NCBI GenBank assembly: GCA_050999075.1
Contig: JBPCPO010000072.1
Coordinates: 16,378-80,377 of the forward strand
Reading direction: 5' to 3'
Origin: Solirubrobacteraceae bacterium
Lineage (GTDB): Bacteria > Actinomycetota > Thermoleophilia > Solirubrobacterales > Solirubrobacteraceae
DNA: 64,000 nt
Below are positions 32,229-41,949 of the stretch, one piece after another. Numbering within the stretch: the stretch's first letter is position 1; each line of letters begins with the position of its first letter. The notes below the pieces were generated by a model that saw nothing but the letters and a program-made list of their open reading frames with translations, made no database searches and was not told the DNA's origin. The position numbers were made by a program, and so were the translations under genes.

Positions 32229-32493
32229 GACCGTCGCGGCGACAGGCTCGAGAGCCGTCGACGCCCGACGAGCTGGTCCATCGGACTCATGTAGGGCACC
32301 GCAAGCTCCTAAAAACGAAGGGAATCTCTATGCGATGGTCCGGTCGGCGACCCTGGCGATCGTGGCCGTTCCCAGCAATCAACGCCCTCACAGGCCACTG
32401 CGAGCCGCGAGCGCATAGAGAACGCTAGCACCCGCGCTAGACTCTCGGCAACCTCGCCGCTTGGGGCAGATTCATCAAGATCGATTTACCTGA

Positions 32494-32566
32494 TCCGGGG
32501 TAGCTCAATTGGCGGAGCGGGACCCTGTTAAGGTCACGGTTGCGGGTTCGAGTCCCGCCCCCGGAG
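32494..32566 (+). tRNA. tRNA-Asn (GTT), CCA not encoded
   Basis: Acceptor TCCGGGG/CCCCGGA, D-arm GCTC/GAGC, loop CTGTTAA, T-arm GCGGG-TTCGAGT-CCCGC. Confidence 0.95.
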
Positions 32567-32574
32567 CTCTGTAG

Positions 32575-33813
32575 TCAGAACTTCCCACCGCCGACCGCGA
32601 GCGCCTCGACCAGCGTCGCCGCCCGCGCGGCGCTGTCGTTGGCGGCGGCCCATGCGGCCAGCTCACGGGCTCGGATCCCCGGCCCGGTGGCACGGAGCGC
32701 TCGTCGCGACGCCAGTCGCACGGTGGCCGGACTGAGCAGCCGCCAGGGCAGCCGCACCCCCACGCCGGCCCAGTCGGCCCGCGCCGCGTTCTCGCCCATG
32801 TCCCCCGAGTGGGGGACCGCGAGCACCGGACAGCCCGAGGTGAGGGCCCGGGCCAGCGTCCCATGGCCGGCATGGCAGATCACCAGCGAGCACGTGGGCA
32901 TCGTCCGCGAGTAGGAGACCCAGTCGACCAGCCGGGCGTTGGCCGGGACCGGGATCTGAGAGTGCAGAGGCCGGCGGTTCGCAGCCGCCAGCACCCGCAC
33001 CGGCTCGTGGGCGAGCCCCAGGATCGCTGCGCGCAGCAGACGGTGCTCGGGGTCCTGGGCAGTCGAGGGCGCGACGAGCACGAGCGGCTCGTCCCCCGGC
33101 GGCGGGGCAACGTCGTGAAACGCCGGCTCCCAGATCAGCGGTCCGACGACATGAACCTCCTCAGGCCAGCGACGTGGGTACTCGAGTTGGGGCAACGTTG
33201 CGACGATGCACAGGCGGGGGCTGAGGCCACCGTGAAGGCGGCTCACCGGCGCCAGCCCGAGCTTGGCCCGCGTCTGGTTGAGCTCCACGCGACCCAGTCG
33301 CAGGCCGGCGTCCATGGGTTGCTGGGACGCCCGCCAGAGCGTTCTCCCAAGGCGGGTTCGAGGGAGGCGGGCTCCGAGCGCATAGGGCGGAAAGCCGGGC
33401 GCACCCACGGGATAGAGGTGCGGGATGAGGGTCGCCACCGGCACTCCCTCGAGCTCACCGGCCATCGCGGGAGCGAGCGTGAGGATGTCGTGGACGACCA
33501 CATCCGGCTCGCAGGCGGCGACCGCACAGTGGGTCTGTTCGGTCGCCAGCACCACGGCTTCGTAGGGCTTCAGCGGGCGCGCCCGGGTGGGGAAGACCGG
33601 GTACTCGGGCGCCGCGACGAAGCGCATCCCCGCGCTGCGCACGGGCTCGCGCCACCGCGACCACGTCTGGAAGGTGACTTCGTGTCCTCTCGCGGCCAGC
33701 TGGGCGCCGAGCGCGAGCATCGGGAACGCGTGGCCTGGCTCACCGAAGGCGCCGAGGAAGCAGCGCAGGCGATCTCCGGGGGCCCTCGCTCCGATGGGGT
33801 CTGCAGCGTTCAC
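32575..33813 (-). CDS. GT1 family (UDP-glycosyltransferase/MGT-like) glycosyltransferase
   Basis: GEPGHAFP N-terminal motif; WVSY…ICHAGHGT…GDMGENA C-terminal motif; start codon uncertain. Confidence 0.85.
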   Translation of the reverse strand: MNAADPIGARAPGDRLRCFLGAFGEPGHAFPMLALGAQLAARGHEVTFQTWSRWREPVRSAGMRFVAAPEYPVFPTRARPLKPYEAVVLATEQTHCAVAACEPDVVVHDILTLAPAMAGELEGVPVATLIPHLYPVGAPGFPPYALGARLPRTRLGRTLWRASQQPMDAGLRLGRVELNQTRAKLGLAPVSRLHGGLSPRLCIVATLPQLEYPRRWPEEVHVVGPLIWEPAFHDVAPPPGDEPLVLVAPSTAQDPEHRLLRAAILGLAHEPVRVLAAANRRPLHSQIPVPANARLVDWVSYSRTMPTCSLVICHAGHGTLARALTSGCPVLAVPHSGDMGENAARADWAGVGVRLPWRLLSPATVRLASRRALRATGPGIRARELAAWAAANDSAARAATLVEALAVGGGKF

Positions 33814-33954
33814 GCACCCCGTCCGGGACGCGGTCGAGCGTGATAGGCTCGCGCCGCGCCAGGCGGCGCCAAGCAGGCAGCGGCCAGATCGTGGCTGGGC
33901 GGGTCGGTCATCGTTCCCGGGCAATCTCCGTTCTCGACCAAGGAGCGCAGGACC

Positions 33955-34308
33955 GTGAAACTAGTGATCGGCATCGTTCGTCCCGAGAAGGCGAACGATG
34001 TTCTGGAGGCGCTCTACCGCGCGGAGGTGCGGGGCCTGTCGATCAGCCGGGTGCAGGGTCATGGCGGCGAGCTCGATCGCGTCGAGACGTACCGCGGCAT
34101 GACGGTGAAGATGGAGCTGGCCGAGAAGCTCCGCTTCGAGGTCGCCGTGTCGGACGCGTTCGTGCAGCCGACGATCGACGCGCTGCGCGCGGGCGCCCAG
34201 ACCGGCGAGGTCGGGGACGGCAAGATCTTCGTCGTGCCGCTCGAGCGCGCGGTCCGAATCCGCACAGGGGAGACCGACAGCAGTGCCGTGACTCCGATGG
34301 ACGGATGA
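33955..34308 (+). CDS. glnK: P-II nitrogen regulatory protein
   Basis: MKLVIGIVRP, T-loop ETYRG, TGEVGDGKIFV, RIRTGE; SD aaggag; coupled to amt. Confidence 0.9.
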   Translation: MKLVIGIVRPEKANDVLEALYRAEVRGLSISRVQGHGGELDRVETYRGMTVKMELAEKLRFEVAVSDAFVQPTIDALRAGAQTGEVGDGKIFVVPLERAVRIRTGETDSSAVTPMDG

Positions 34309-35639
34309 TGGCGCCCGCCACCGCGGCCCTCGCCGGACGGGTGAGCGCCGGGGACACCGCGTGGATGCTGATCGCCACCGCGATGGTGCTGATGATGACG
34401 CCCGCGCTGGGGCTGTTCTACGCCGGCCTGGTGCGGGCCAAGAACACGCTCAACACATTCATGATGAGCATCGGTGCCCTGGGCGTGGTGACGGTGACGT
34501 GGGCAATCGTCGGCTACTCGCTGGCGTTCGCCAAGGGCAACGGGTTCATCGGCGGGCTCGACTACGTCTTTCTGCACGGAGTCACCTTCGCACCCCGTGC
34601 GGGCACTTCGATTCCTCAGCTCCTGTTCATGGCCTTCGAGGCGACCTTCTGCATCATCACGGCGGCCCTCGTGTCCGGGGCCGTGGTCGAGCGGATGCGG
34701 TTCGGGGCGTTCCTGGTCTTCATGGTCCTGTGGTCGGTGTTCGTCTACGCGGTGCTCGCGCATTGGGTCTGGGGAGGCGGCTGGCTGCAGCGGCACGGCA
34801 CCCTCGACTTTGCCGGGGGAGTGCCGGTCGAGATGTGCTCCGGGTTCTCGGCCCTGGCGGCGGCGATCGTCGTGGGGGCCCGCAAGGACTACGGCCGCCA
34901 GGCGCTGCTGCCCCACAATGCCGTCTACGCGCTGCTCGGCGCGGGGCTGCTGTGGTTCGGGTGGTTCGGCTTCAACGGAGGCAGCGGCTACTCCACCGGC
35001 CATCCCAGCGTGCTCGCGTTCACGAACACGCTGCTCGCGCCGGCGTGCACGCTCGTGGTCTGGTTCGTGATCGACCTGCTGCGCGAGGGACGGGTGACGG
35101 CGATCGGCGCCGCCACCGCGATCATCGTGGGGTGCGTGGGGATCACTCCCGCCGCCGGCTTCATCAGCCCCACCTGGGCCATGGCCCTCGGCGCGATCGC
35201 CGCGCTGCCCAGCTACGCGATGATCGTATGGCGGCCCAAGACGCGGCTCGACGAGACCCTGGACGTGCTCGCGGCCCATGGTCTGGCCGGCTTCACCGGG
35301 ATCCTGTTCATCGGGTTCTTCGCGCAGCTCTCGTGGAACGGCGTGTCCAACGGTTTATTCTACGGACACCTGAAGCAGCTCGCGTGGCAGGCGGTGGCGG
35401 CGGTCGTCGGCCCCGCCTATGCGTTCGTCGGCACGTTCGTGATCCTGCGCCTGGTTGGCCTCGTTATGCCCCTGCGCATGAGCGAACGCGAGGAGGCCCT
35501 CGGCATGGACGTCGTGCAACATGGCGAGGAGGCCTACACGACTGGAGAGGGCGCGATCCTAGTCGCACCCGACGGCGTCCGTGAGGCCGACCTGAAGATC
35601 GCCGCGGACCAGGCGGAGGCGCTCCGGAGCGGTCGTTAG
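34305..35639 (+). CDS. amtB: Ammonium transporter
   Basis: GDTAWML, FYAGLVRAKN, DFAGG, LLWFGWFGFNGGS, GITPAAG, HGEEAY. Confidence 0.95.
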   Translation: MMAPATAALAGRVSAGDTAWMLIATAMVLMMTPALGLFYAGLVRAKNTLNTFMMSIGALGVVTVTWAIVGYSLAFAKGNGFIGGLDYVFLHGVTFAPRAGTSIPQLLFMAFEATFCIITAALVSGAVVERMRFGAFLVFMVLWSVFVYAVLAHWVWGGGWLQRHGTLDFAGGVPVEMCSGFSALAAAIVVGARKDYGRQALLPHNAVYALLGAGLLWFGWFGFNGGSGYSTGHPSVLAFTNTLLAPACTLVVWFVIDLLREGRVTAIGAATAIIVGCVGITPAAGFISPTWAMALGAIAALPSYAMIVWRPKTRLDETLDVLAAHGLAGFTGILFIGFFAQLSWNGVSNGLFYGHLKQLAWQAVAAVVGPAYAFVGTFVILRLVGLVMPLRMSEREEALGMDVVQHGEEAYTTGEGAILVAPDGVREADLKIAADQAEALRSGR

Positions 35640-35809
35640 GGCTGGGGTCGCTCCGCGGCCTTCGCGGCTCGCTCGGCGCGGCGCTGAGCCGCTTCACGCT
35701 TCAGATCGGCCTGCTTGTTCGCGACCTCAGCCAGACGCGCGGCCCGCCGCTCGTTCGCACTGAGGCGATACCTGGTGCTCGCACCGCTGGCCTCGTTCTT
35801 GACTGCCAT
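35636..35809 (-). CDS. Small basic helical protein (57 aa)
   Basis: SD gggagg before the ATG at 35809; MAVKNEASGASTRYRLSANERRAARLAEVANKQ…. Confidence 0.55.
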   Translation of the reverse strand: MAVKNEASGASTRYRLSANERRAARLAEVANKQADLKREAAQRRAERAAKAAERPQP

Positions 35810-35942
35810 CACGGCCTCCCTGGTTGTGGTAGATACGCGCCGCTCCTCACGCGATCCAATCCCGTCTGGCGATCCCGGACCAGCTCCCGCGAAAGCTGCG
35901 GATCGGCGACCTGTTGTCACTGCTCGGCACGAGGCACCCGGC

Positions 35943-36209
35943 TCAGCCGAGCGATCCGGCCGGCAGCACGTAGCGCAGGGGAGCCGACCTCGGCGTTGCA
36001 TCGCTCGCGCTCAGCGAGCTGTGCAGACCCCGCGTGGAAGCCTTGACCAGCGCCGCCTGCGGCTTTCCGCCGCGAGCGAGGATCCAATCCACGACCGCTC
36101 CGGAGTCACTGCCCGCGGCGAGGATCGCCGCGCGCTCGATCGTGTCCCCACCGCTGCCGTCAGCACGAGACAGGCGAACGACCAGCGCTTGGATTGCATC
36201 GTCGTCCAC
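35943..36209 (-). CDS. Hypothetical protein (88 aa)
   Basis: TAAGCT -10 6 nt before the GTG; MDDDAIQALVVRLSR…IERAAILAAG…WIL. Confidence 0.65.
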   Translation of the reverse strand: MDDDAIQALVVRLSRADGSGGDTIERAAILAAGSDSGAVVDWILARGGKPQAALVKASTRGLHSSLSASDATPRSAPLRYVLPAGSLG

Positions 36210-36294
36210 TGGACGAGCTTACTCTCTTGGCCGAGCGGGCGCTCAGCGCAGTGCCCTAGACTTCCGCTCCATCCCAGGAAAGGAGCCCCGCCGT

Positions 36295-36447
36295 GCGCCT
36301 GGCTACGGCGAGCTGTCGGAGCATCCCTACGGGATCCTCGAGGGGGTCGTGGACTCCACCGCATTCGTCAAGGGCGAGTGGGGCGCTGAGATCGTCGATG
36401 AGCTGTCGCCCCAGGAGGGCGACGTGATCGCCGAAGGCAAGCGCGGA
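36295..36447 (+). pseudogene. Internal fragment of an isochorismatase/cysteine hydrolase
   Basis: APGYGELSEHPYGILEGVVDSTAFVKGEWGAEIVDELSPQEGDVIAEGKRG; no N- or C-terminal parts. Confidence 0.65.
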
Positions 36448-36482
36448 GCGCCGGCCGTATCGGGCTCATAGGTCGCTCCCCA

Positions 36483-36556
36483 TGGCCCGGGCAGGACTCG
36501 AACCTGCGCGCGACGGATTATGAGTCCGCTGCTCTGACCAACTGAGCTACCGGGCC
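36483..36556 (-). tRNA. tRNA with CAT anticodon, probably tRNA-Ile2 (lysidine); CCA not encoded
   Basis: GGCCCGG/CCGGGCC-A acceptor with C4:G69 and C5:G68; anticodon arm GCGGA-CTCATAA-TCCGT; lacks initiator features. Confidence 0.9.
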
Positions 36557-36631
36557 GGGATCGGGCGCGACGGTAGCACCGGTGGCCGGCGTGGCCTGCT
36601 CACGCCTCGGCTTGAGGTAGGGTGCCGAGCG

Positions 36632-36790
36632 ATGTTGATCACCGCAGGTGCCCTCGGCCAGACCCTGGCATTGCTCGCCACGTTTCTGGGGATCGGCCTG
36701 ATCGTCCAGGTGCTGGTCGTGTACATCGCCGGCCAGGTGCTGGCCGAGCGCAAGCAGGACGAGGAGCGGGAGCAGGGCCCAGGCGGGTGA
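36632..36790 (+). CDS. Small single-pass membrane protein (52 aa), absent from the ORF track
   Basis: MLITAGALGQTLALLATFLGIGLIVQVLVVYIAGQVLAERKQDEEREQGPGG; TAGGGT 8 nt upstream; GC-rich third positions. Confidence 0.65.
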   Translation: MLITAGALGQTLALLATFLGIGLIVQVLVVYIAGQVLAERKQDEEREQGPGG

Positions 36791-36910
36791 GGCGCACCTC
36801 GCCCCGGGTGGGTGCGGCAGCCTCGGCGGCACAGGCATTGCCGCGGCCGGCGAGGGCGAATTCTGGGACATCAGGGCAGTTGGTGAAGGAAGGCCGGCGG
36901 GCGGCGTCGA

Positions 36911-37801
36911 ATGAGAGGCCTGCCGATGAAGCCATCAGTCAGCTCCAGCGCCACCGCCGAGCCCGCCCACGGCCACCAGGCGCTCTCCGCTTACATCCGA
37001 GCTCGCTTCGACGAGTTCTCCCGCTCGCAGAAGGACGTCGCGCAGTACATCGTCGATCACCTCGACGAGGCCGCCTTCCAAACCGCGGAGGAGCTGGCCC
37101 GGCGCGCGAGCACGTCCTCGAGCACCGTCGTGCGATTCTCGCAGGCGTTGGGCTTCGAAGGGTTCCCCGAGCTGCAGCAGGCCGCCAGGGACGAGTATCG
37201 CCGTCGTCCACCCGGCGTGACCGAGCCGCTGTCCGCGGCGCCACCGCTGTTCTCGCTCGATCACACCGAGTTCGAGGCCGCCCTGGCGGCCGACCACGTG
37301 AACGTCGAGGACACGGCCCACAAGCTCTCGCGCTCGGTCGTCGAGGCGGCCGTAGACGCGATCGTATCGGCCGAGAAGGTGCTGATCGCCGGGACCGACC
37401 AGATGGCCTTCTTCGCCAGTTACCTGCGACACCTGCTGATGTTGCTGGACCTGCGAGCCGAGATCGTCGCCAGCCCCTCCCAGGAGGCGCTGGGCCGGCT
37501 CAGTCGGATCGACGAGCAGACGCTGGTGATCGGCTTCTCCGCCGGCCGACCGCATCCCCTGATCACCCGCACGATGAAGCTCGCCCGTCACCGCAAGGCG
37601 CGCACGCTGGCGATCACCGACGCGACGCTCTCCGAAGTCGCCCGCCTGGCCCGCATCCGCCTGTACTACTCGTCCAACACGCCCGCGTTCGTGCGATCGC
37701 ACACCGCCCTGCTGTCGCTGATCCAAGCCCTCGCCTACGCGGTCTACGCCCGCGACGCGCAGCAGTACGACGTCCGCATCAAGGCCTTCCGGCTGAAGTA
37801 G
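36911..37801 (+). CDS. MurR/RpiR family transcriptional regulator
   Basis: SRSQKDVAQYI…ELARRASTSSSTVVRFSQALGFEGFPELQ HTH followed by an SIS domain. Confidence 0.9.
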   Translation: MRGLPMKPSVSSSATAEPAHGHQALSAYIRARFDEFSRSQKDVAQYIVDHLDEAAFQTAEELARRASTSSSTVVRFSQALGFEGFPELQQAARDEYRRRPPGVTEPLSAAPPLFSLDHTEFEAALAADHVNVEDTAHKLSRSVVEAAVDAIVSAEKVLIAGTDQMAFFASYLRHLLMLLDLRAEIVASPSQEALGRLSRIDEQTLVIGFSAGRPHPLITRTMKLARHRKARTLAITDATLSEVARLARIRLYYSSNTPAFVRSHTALLSLIQALAYAVYARDAQQYDVRIKAFRLK

Positions 37802-37834
37802 GGCGCGCGAGCCCTAAGCCACGCTCGTCGCGGT

Positions 37835-38659
37835 TCACCGCGCGAGCACGAGCAGCGCCTGAGTGGCTCGCCCGACGCGACCATGCTCGTCGTAGAGGAC
37901 GCTCTCGCTGACGGCGACCCCCCCGCGGGCGATCCGGGTCTGCGCCCGCAGGCCGATCCACTCGCCGCGGGGCGGGCGCTCGACGTACAGCGTCAGGTCG
38001 GGATTGATGAACGTGTACTCGTCCCATGACAGCGACGAGCTGATGCCATTGCCGAAGTCGGCAGCGGCCGCCAGTCGCTGTCTTGGCGATGCCTCCTCCC
38101 CCGCGACCAGCGGGCAGCGCAGCCGCAGCCATGCCGTGGCGGGTCCGGGCTCGTAGAACGCTCCGGTGAGGAAGCGGATCTCGATCGCGTCCGGCGCGAA
38201 CATCGGGCGGTGGGTTGGGGACAGATCGCTCTGGGTACCGGTCTCGGGGCCGGACGGCCATCCCGCGCAGGATTCAGAGGAGCCTTCGTGCTCGTCGGAC
38301 GTCGACTCGCGGTCGGCGGCGGCCTCCGGCTCGGCGACGCGAACGTGCAGCGCTCGGGCGCGCACGACCTCGATGCCCTGGGCAGTCACGATCGAGCCCT
38401 CGGACAGCCGCACTCGCCGACCCGGGCGCACCACCTCGGCCTGCACTGTGAGCAGGCCGAGCGGCACGGGGCGCACGAACTCATAGGTGACGCGAGCAAG
38501 CGACAGCTCGTCGTCCGGGACGAGCCGCTCGAACGCCCGCATCAGCAGCGCAGCGGGTGCGCCGCCGTGCTGGGCGCCCGGGTCCCACGGACCGCGGGCG
38601 AGCTCGGTGGCCTCGAAGCACTCGCCCTCGCCAGCCGCCACGAACACCGCTTCCGCCAC
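37835..38659 (-). CDS. Acyl-CoA thioesterase-like double hotdog protein
   Basis: [36 protein letters not shown]; GTG 8 nt after TAGGAT. Confidence 0.85.
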   Translation of the reverse strand: MAEAVFVAAGEGECFEATELARGPWDPGAQHGGAPAALLMRAFERLVPDDELSLARVTYEFVRPVPLGLLTVQAEVVRPGRRVRLSEGSIVTAQGIEVVRARALHVRVAEPEAAADRESTSDEHEGSSESCAGWPSGPETGTQSDLSPTHRPMFAPDAIEIRFLTGAFYEPGPATAWLRLRCPLVAGEEASPRQRLAAAADFGNGISSSLSWDEYTFINPDLTLYVERPPRGEWIGLRAQTRIARGGVAVSESVLYDEHGRVGRATQALLVLAR

Positions 38660-38709
38660 GACCGGCGATCCTACCGGTGCGGCTCGATGCCCGGTTACAC
38701 TCCCGCCCA

Positions 38710-39615
38710 GTGCACGAAGAGCGCGAGATCCCACGCGACGAGGCGACGTTCACCGTCAAGGCCGGCTTGGCCGAGATGCTCAAGGGCGGGGTGATCATGG
38801 ATGTCGTCACCGCCGAGGAGGCGAAGATCGCCGAGGATGCGGGCGCCGTGGCGGTGATGGCCCTCGAGCGCGTTCCCGCCGACATCCGGCGTGATGGCGG
38901 CGTGGCCCGGATGTCGGATCCGGCGATGATCCGCGAGATCCAGGCCGCGGTCACGATCCCGGTGATGGCCAAGGCGCGCATCGGGCATTTCGCCGAGGCA
39001 CAGGTGCTCGAGGCGCTCGAGGTCGACTACGTGGACGAGTCGGAGGTCCTGACCCCGGCTGACGACGCCAACCACATCGACAAATGGGCCTTCAAGGTCC
39101 CCTTCGTCTGCGGCGCGACCAATCTCGGTGAGGCGCTCCGGAGGATCGGTGAGGGGGCGGCGATGATCCGCTCCAAGGGCGAGGCCGGCACCGGCGACAT
39201 CGTCGAGGCGGTGCGCCATCTGCGCGTGATCCGAGGCGAGATCCGGCGCCTGGCCACCCTCGACGACGGCGAGCTGGCGACTGCTGCCAAGCAGCTGGGC
39301 GCGCCGCTGCACCTCGTAAGCGGGCTCGCCGCCGACGGGCGCTTGCCCGTGGTGATGTTCTGCGCCGGCGGAATCGCGACGCCGGCCGATGCGTCGCTCG
39401 TCATGCAGCTGGGAGCCGAGGGCGTATTCGTGGGGTCGGGAATCTTCAAGTCAGAGGATCCCGGGCGCCGGGCACGGGCGATCGTCGAGGCGACGACGCA
39501 CTACCGGGATCCCGCGCGCGTGGCGGCGGCCTCGACCGGGCTTGGCCAGGCGATGGTCAGTCTCGAGACCTCCAAGCTCCACGACGAGCAGCTGCTGGCG
39601 CCCCGCGGCTGGTAG
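38710..39615 (+). CDS. pdxS: PLP synthase subunit PdxS
   Basis: [52 protein letters not shown]. Confidence 0.97.
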   Translation: MHEEREIPRDEATFTVKAGLAEMLKGGVIMDVVTAEEAKIAEDAGAVAVMALERVPADIRRDGGVARMSDPAMIREIQAAVTIPVMAKARIGHFAEAQVLEALEVDYVDESEVLTPADDANHIDKWAFKVPFVCGATNLGEALRRIGEGAAMIRSKGEAGTGDIVEAVRHLRVIRGEIRRLATLDDGELATAAKQLGAPLHLVSGLAADGRLPVVMFCAGGIATPADASLVMQLGAEGVFVGSGIFKSEDPGRRARAIVEATTHYRDPARVAAASTGLGQAMVSLETSKLHDEQLLAPRGW

Positions 39616-39619
39616 TCGC

Positions 39620-40216
39620 GTGAGGGGGAGCGGTCCGCCGCCACCGGCAACGGTCGGGGTCCTGGCGCTGCAGGGCGGCTTTGCGGCCCATGCCAGGATC
39701 ATCCGGTCGCTGGGCGCCGCGCCGCGGGAGGTCAGGGTCCCGGTCGATCTCGAGGGTCTCGACGCGCTGATCCTTCCCGGCGGAGAGTCCACGACGATCA
39801 CGCTCGGGATCGAGCGCGAGGGCCTGCGCGATCCGATCCGCGCGCTGGCCGCGAGCGGGACCCCGATCCTCGGCACCTGCGCCGGCATGATCATGCTCGA
39901 TCGCGACCATCTGGGTGTGCTCGACGTTCGCACCCGGCGCAACGCCTTCGGACGTCAAGTGCGCTCCTTCGAGGCCGATCTGGAGCTGGCGGGAGTCGAG
40001 GGGGGGCCGATGCACGCGGTGTTCATCCGTGCTCCCTGGGTGGCGGAGCTCGGACCCGAAGTGGATGTGCTGGGCCGCGTCGCGGACCGGCCGGTGGCCG
40101 TCCGGCAGGGAAACGTGCTGGCGGTGGCGTTTCATCCCGAGCTCGCGGGGGAGGCGCGGCTGCACGAGTTGCTGCTCGCCGCCCGCGCTGCGCCCGGGAA
40201 GGAGCTGGACCGCTGA
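39620..40216 (+). CDS. pdxT: PLP synthase glutaminase subunit PdxT
   Basis: GVLALQG, PGGEST, GTCAGMI, RNAFGRQ, FIRAP, FHPEL. Confidence 0.95.
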   Translation: MRGSGPPPPATVGVLALQGGFAAHARIIRSLGAAPREVRVPVDLEGLDALILPGGESTTITLGIEREGLRDPIRALAASGTPILGTCAGMIMLDRDHLGVLDVRTRRNAFGRQVRSFEADLELAGVEGGPMHAVFIRAPWVAELGPEVDVLGRVADRPVAVRQGNVLAVAFHPELAGEARLHELLLAARAAPGKELDR

Positions 40217-40233
40217 GCGCCGAATAGGACCGC

Positions 40234-40863
40234 ATGCGAGTCAGCGCCGTCGCTCTGTCCGGACTCATGCTCGCCGCCTGCGGCGCGGCGAGCCATTCCG
40301 GCACCCGCTCGGCCTCGGTCGCCAGCACGCCACAGGTCCCCACCGGGACGGCTTCGACGGCGCAGACCACAACCGTGACCACGAGCCACACCGCATCGGC
40401 CACCACGACGAGCACCGGCGGAGCTCCCGATCCCCGCCCCTGCCGCGCGGTCGGGCTGGCGCTCTCCTTCCTCGGTCAGCAGGGTGCCACCGGACACGGG
40501 GAGCTCGGGTTCGGGCTGCGCAACGTCAGCGGTGCGAGCTGCCGCACCTACGGCTATCCCGGCGTCCTGTTCCTCGATCGGGGCGGTGCCGCCCTCCCGA
40601 CCGTGACGACGCGCACCACGCACGACTTCTTCGGCGTTGCGCCCCTTACCGCGCTCGTCCTGGCCCCCGATGTCAGCGCCTCGTTCCGGCTCGGGGTGAC
40701 CCACGGGATCGCCTCGAGCGCCGGATGCACGACGGCCTACGGCCTCCAGGTGATCGCGCCCGACGACACCGCGACGCTCCACGTCAGCATTCCCGGGGGC
40801 GCGTACGAGTGCGGACGGGCCTCGGTTTCACCGCTGCGGCCGGGCGGCTCCGCCTTCCCCTGA
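40234..40863 (+). CDS. DUF4232-like lipoprotein
   Basis: Lipobox LAAC, Thr/Ser linker, C…L…GATG…LRNVSGASCRTYGYPGV. Confidence 0.75.
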   Translation: MRVSAVALSGLMLAACGAASHSGTRSASVASTPQVPTGTASTAQTTTVTTSHTASATTTSTGGAPDPRPCRAVGLALSFLGQQGATGHGELGFGLRNVSGASCRTYGYPGVLFLDRGGAALPTVTTRTTHDFFGVAPLTALVLAPDVSASFRLGVTHGIASSAGCTTAYGLQVIAPDDTATLHVSIPGGAYECGRASVSPLRPGGSAFP

Positions 40864-41949
40864 GAGCTCCGCCACGGCCTCGAAGCGGGCCACGCCGTCG
40901 TGCACCACCTCGCGCACCTGGTTCTCCCGAGCCAGAAGGTCCATGTGGCCGAGCACCTCCGACAGGGTGAGATACGCCTGGGTGACCGCGACGTTGCCCC
41001 ACATCTGAAGCGCGATCTCGTATGCGCTCAGCGGTCCCGCGCCCAGCATCGCCAGCATCTTGAGAGCCCGCCGGTGGTGCATTCTCAGGCGCTCGTCGAT
41101 CAGCGCCACGTGCTCGACGATGGGATCTCCGTGTCCGGGCAGGATCAGCTCCGCGGGCAGCTCCCGGGTCGCGCGCATCGAGTCGATGTAGTCGATCAGC
41201 GCCGACGGCCGCCGGGCACCGGGGTCCTGCGTCTCATCCGGGCCACTCGGTTCGTCCGGACCACCCGGTTCGTGGCGCGCTTCTCGGAGCGGACGCGTGA
41301 CCAGCGGATTGGAGGAGATGTGACCCAGCAGGTGGTCCCCGGCGAGCAGGATCCGGCGCCGCTCGTCCCAGAAGGTGGTGTCCGAAGGGCTGTGACCCGG
41401 CCGATGCAGGACCCGCAGGCTCCGATCGCGCAGCGCCAGCGTGTCGTCGTCGCGCAGCGGGCGCGTGACGTGCCCGCTGGACCCGAAGGCCCTGAACGCA
41501 GCCACGGCCGCGCCGAGCGCGGTGGCGAGATCGGCGGGAACGCCGTGTCTTCGCATCATCGCCTGGGCGAACTCGTCGTCCTGCACCGCGCTGTGGTCGA
41601 AGTCCTCGAGGTAGCGCCCGAGCACCGAGAGCGCCGCGACCTGCGCCCCGGACCGGCGGACGAGGATCTCGAGCAGGCCGACGTGATCCATGTGCTGGTG
41701 GGTGAGCACGATCAGCTGGAGGTCCTCGATCCTCCGTCCGTGCCGTGCCAGGGCGCGCTCGAGCTCGTCGAGCGACTTGCCCGAGTTGGGCCCCGTGTCG
41801 AGAAGGGTCAGCGGCTCGTCCTCGATCAGATAGCAGTTGACGCGGCCAACCAGGAACGGCGTCGGGATCGCCAGCCGATGGATCCCGTGGCGGGCGGCGA
41901 GCGCGAGCGCGTCCGCTGTGGTGGATTCGCTCGGGTCGGCCGGGCTCAC
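40828..41949 (-). CDS. Metallo-beta-lactamase fold hydrolase
   Basis: VNCYLI, LLDTG, THQHMDH, PGHSP, AGDHLL, PGHG; GTG overlaps the upstream stop. Confidence 0.88.
   Translation of the reverse strand: MSPADPSESTTADALALAARHGIHRLAIPTPFLVGRVNCYLIEDEPLTLLDTGPNSGKSLDELERALARHGRRIEDLQLIVLTHQHMDHVGLLEILVRRSGAQVAALSVLGRYLEDFDHSAVQDDEFAQAMMRRHGVPADLATALGAAVAAFRAFGSSGHVTRPLRDDDTLALRDRSLRVLHRPGHSPSDTTFWDERRRILLAGDHLLGHISSNPLVTRPLREARHEPGGPDEPSGPDETQDPGARRPSALIDYIDSMRATRELPAELILPGHGDPIVEHVALIDERLRMHHRRALKMLAMLGAGPLSAYEIALQMWGNVAVTQAYLTLSEVLGHMDLLARENQVREVVHDGVARFEAVAELSGEGGAARPQR

Noticed and set aside
32225-32290. 21-codon uORF on the minus strand overlapping the STAS start
   Set aside because: Too short to support; could be chance or a frameshifted N-terminus
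36483-36556. Initiator tRNA-fMet
   Set aside because: Paired G1:C72 and no three consecutive G:C pairs in the anticodon stem
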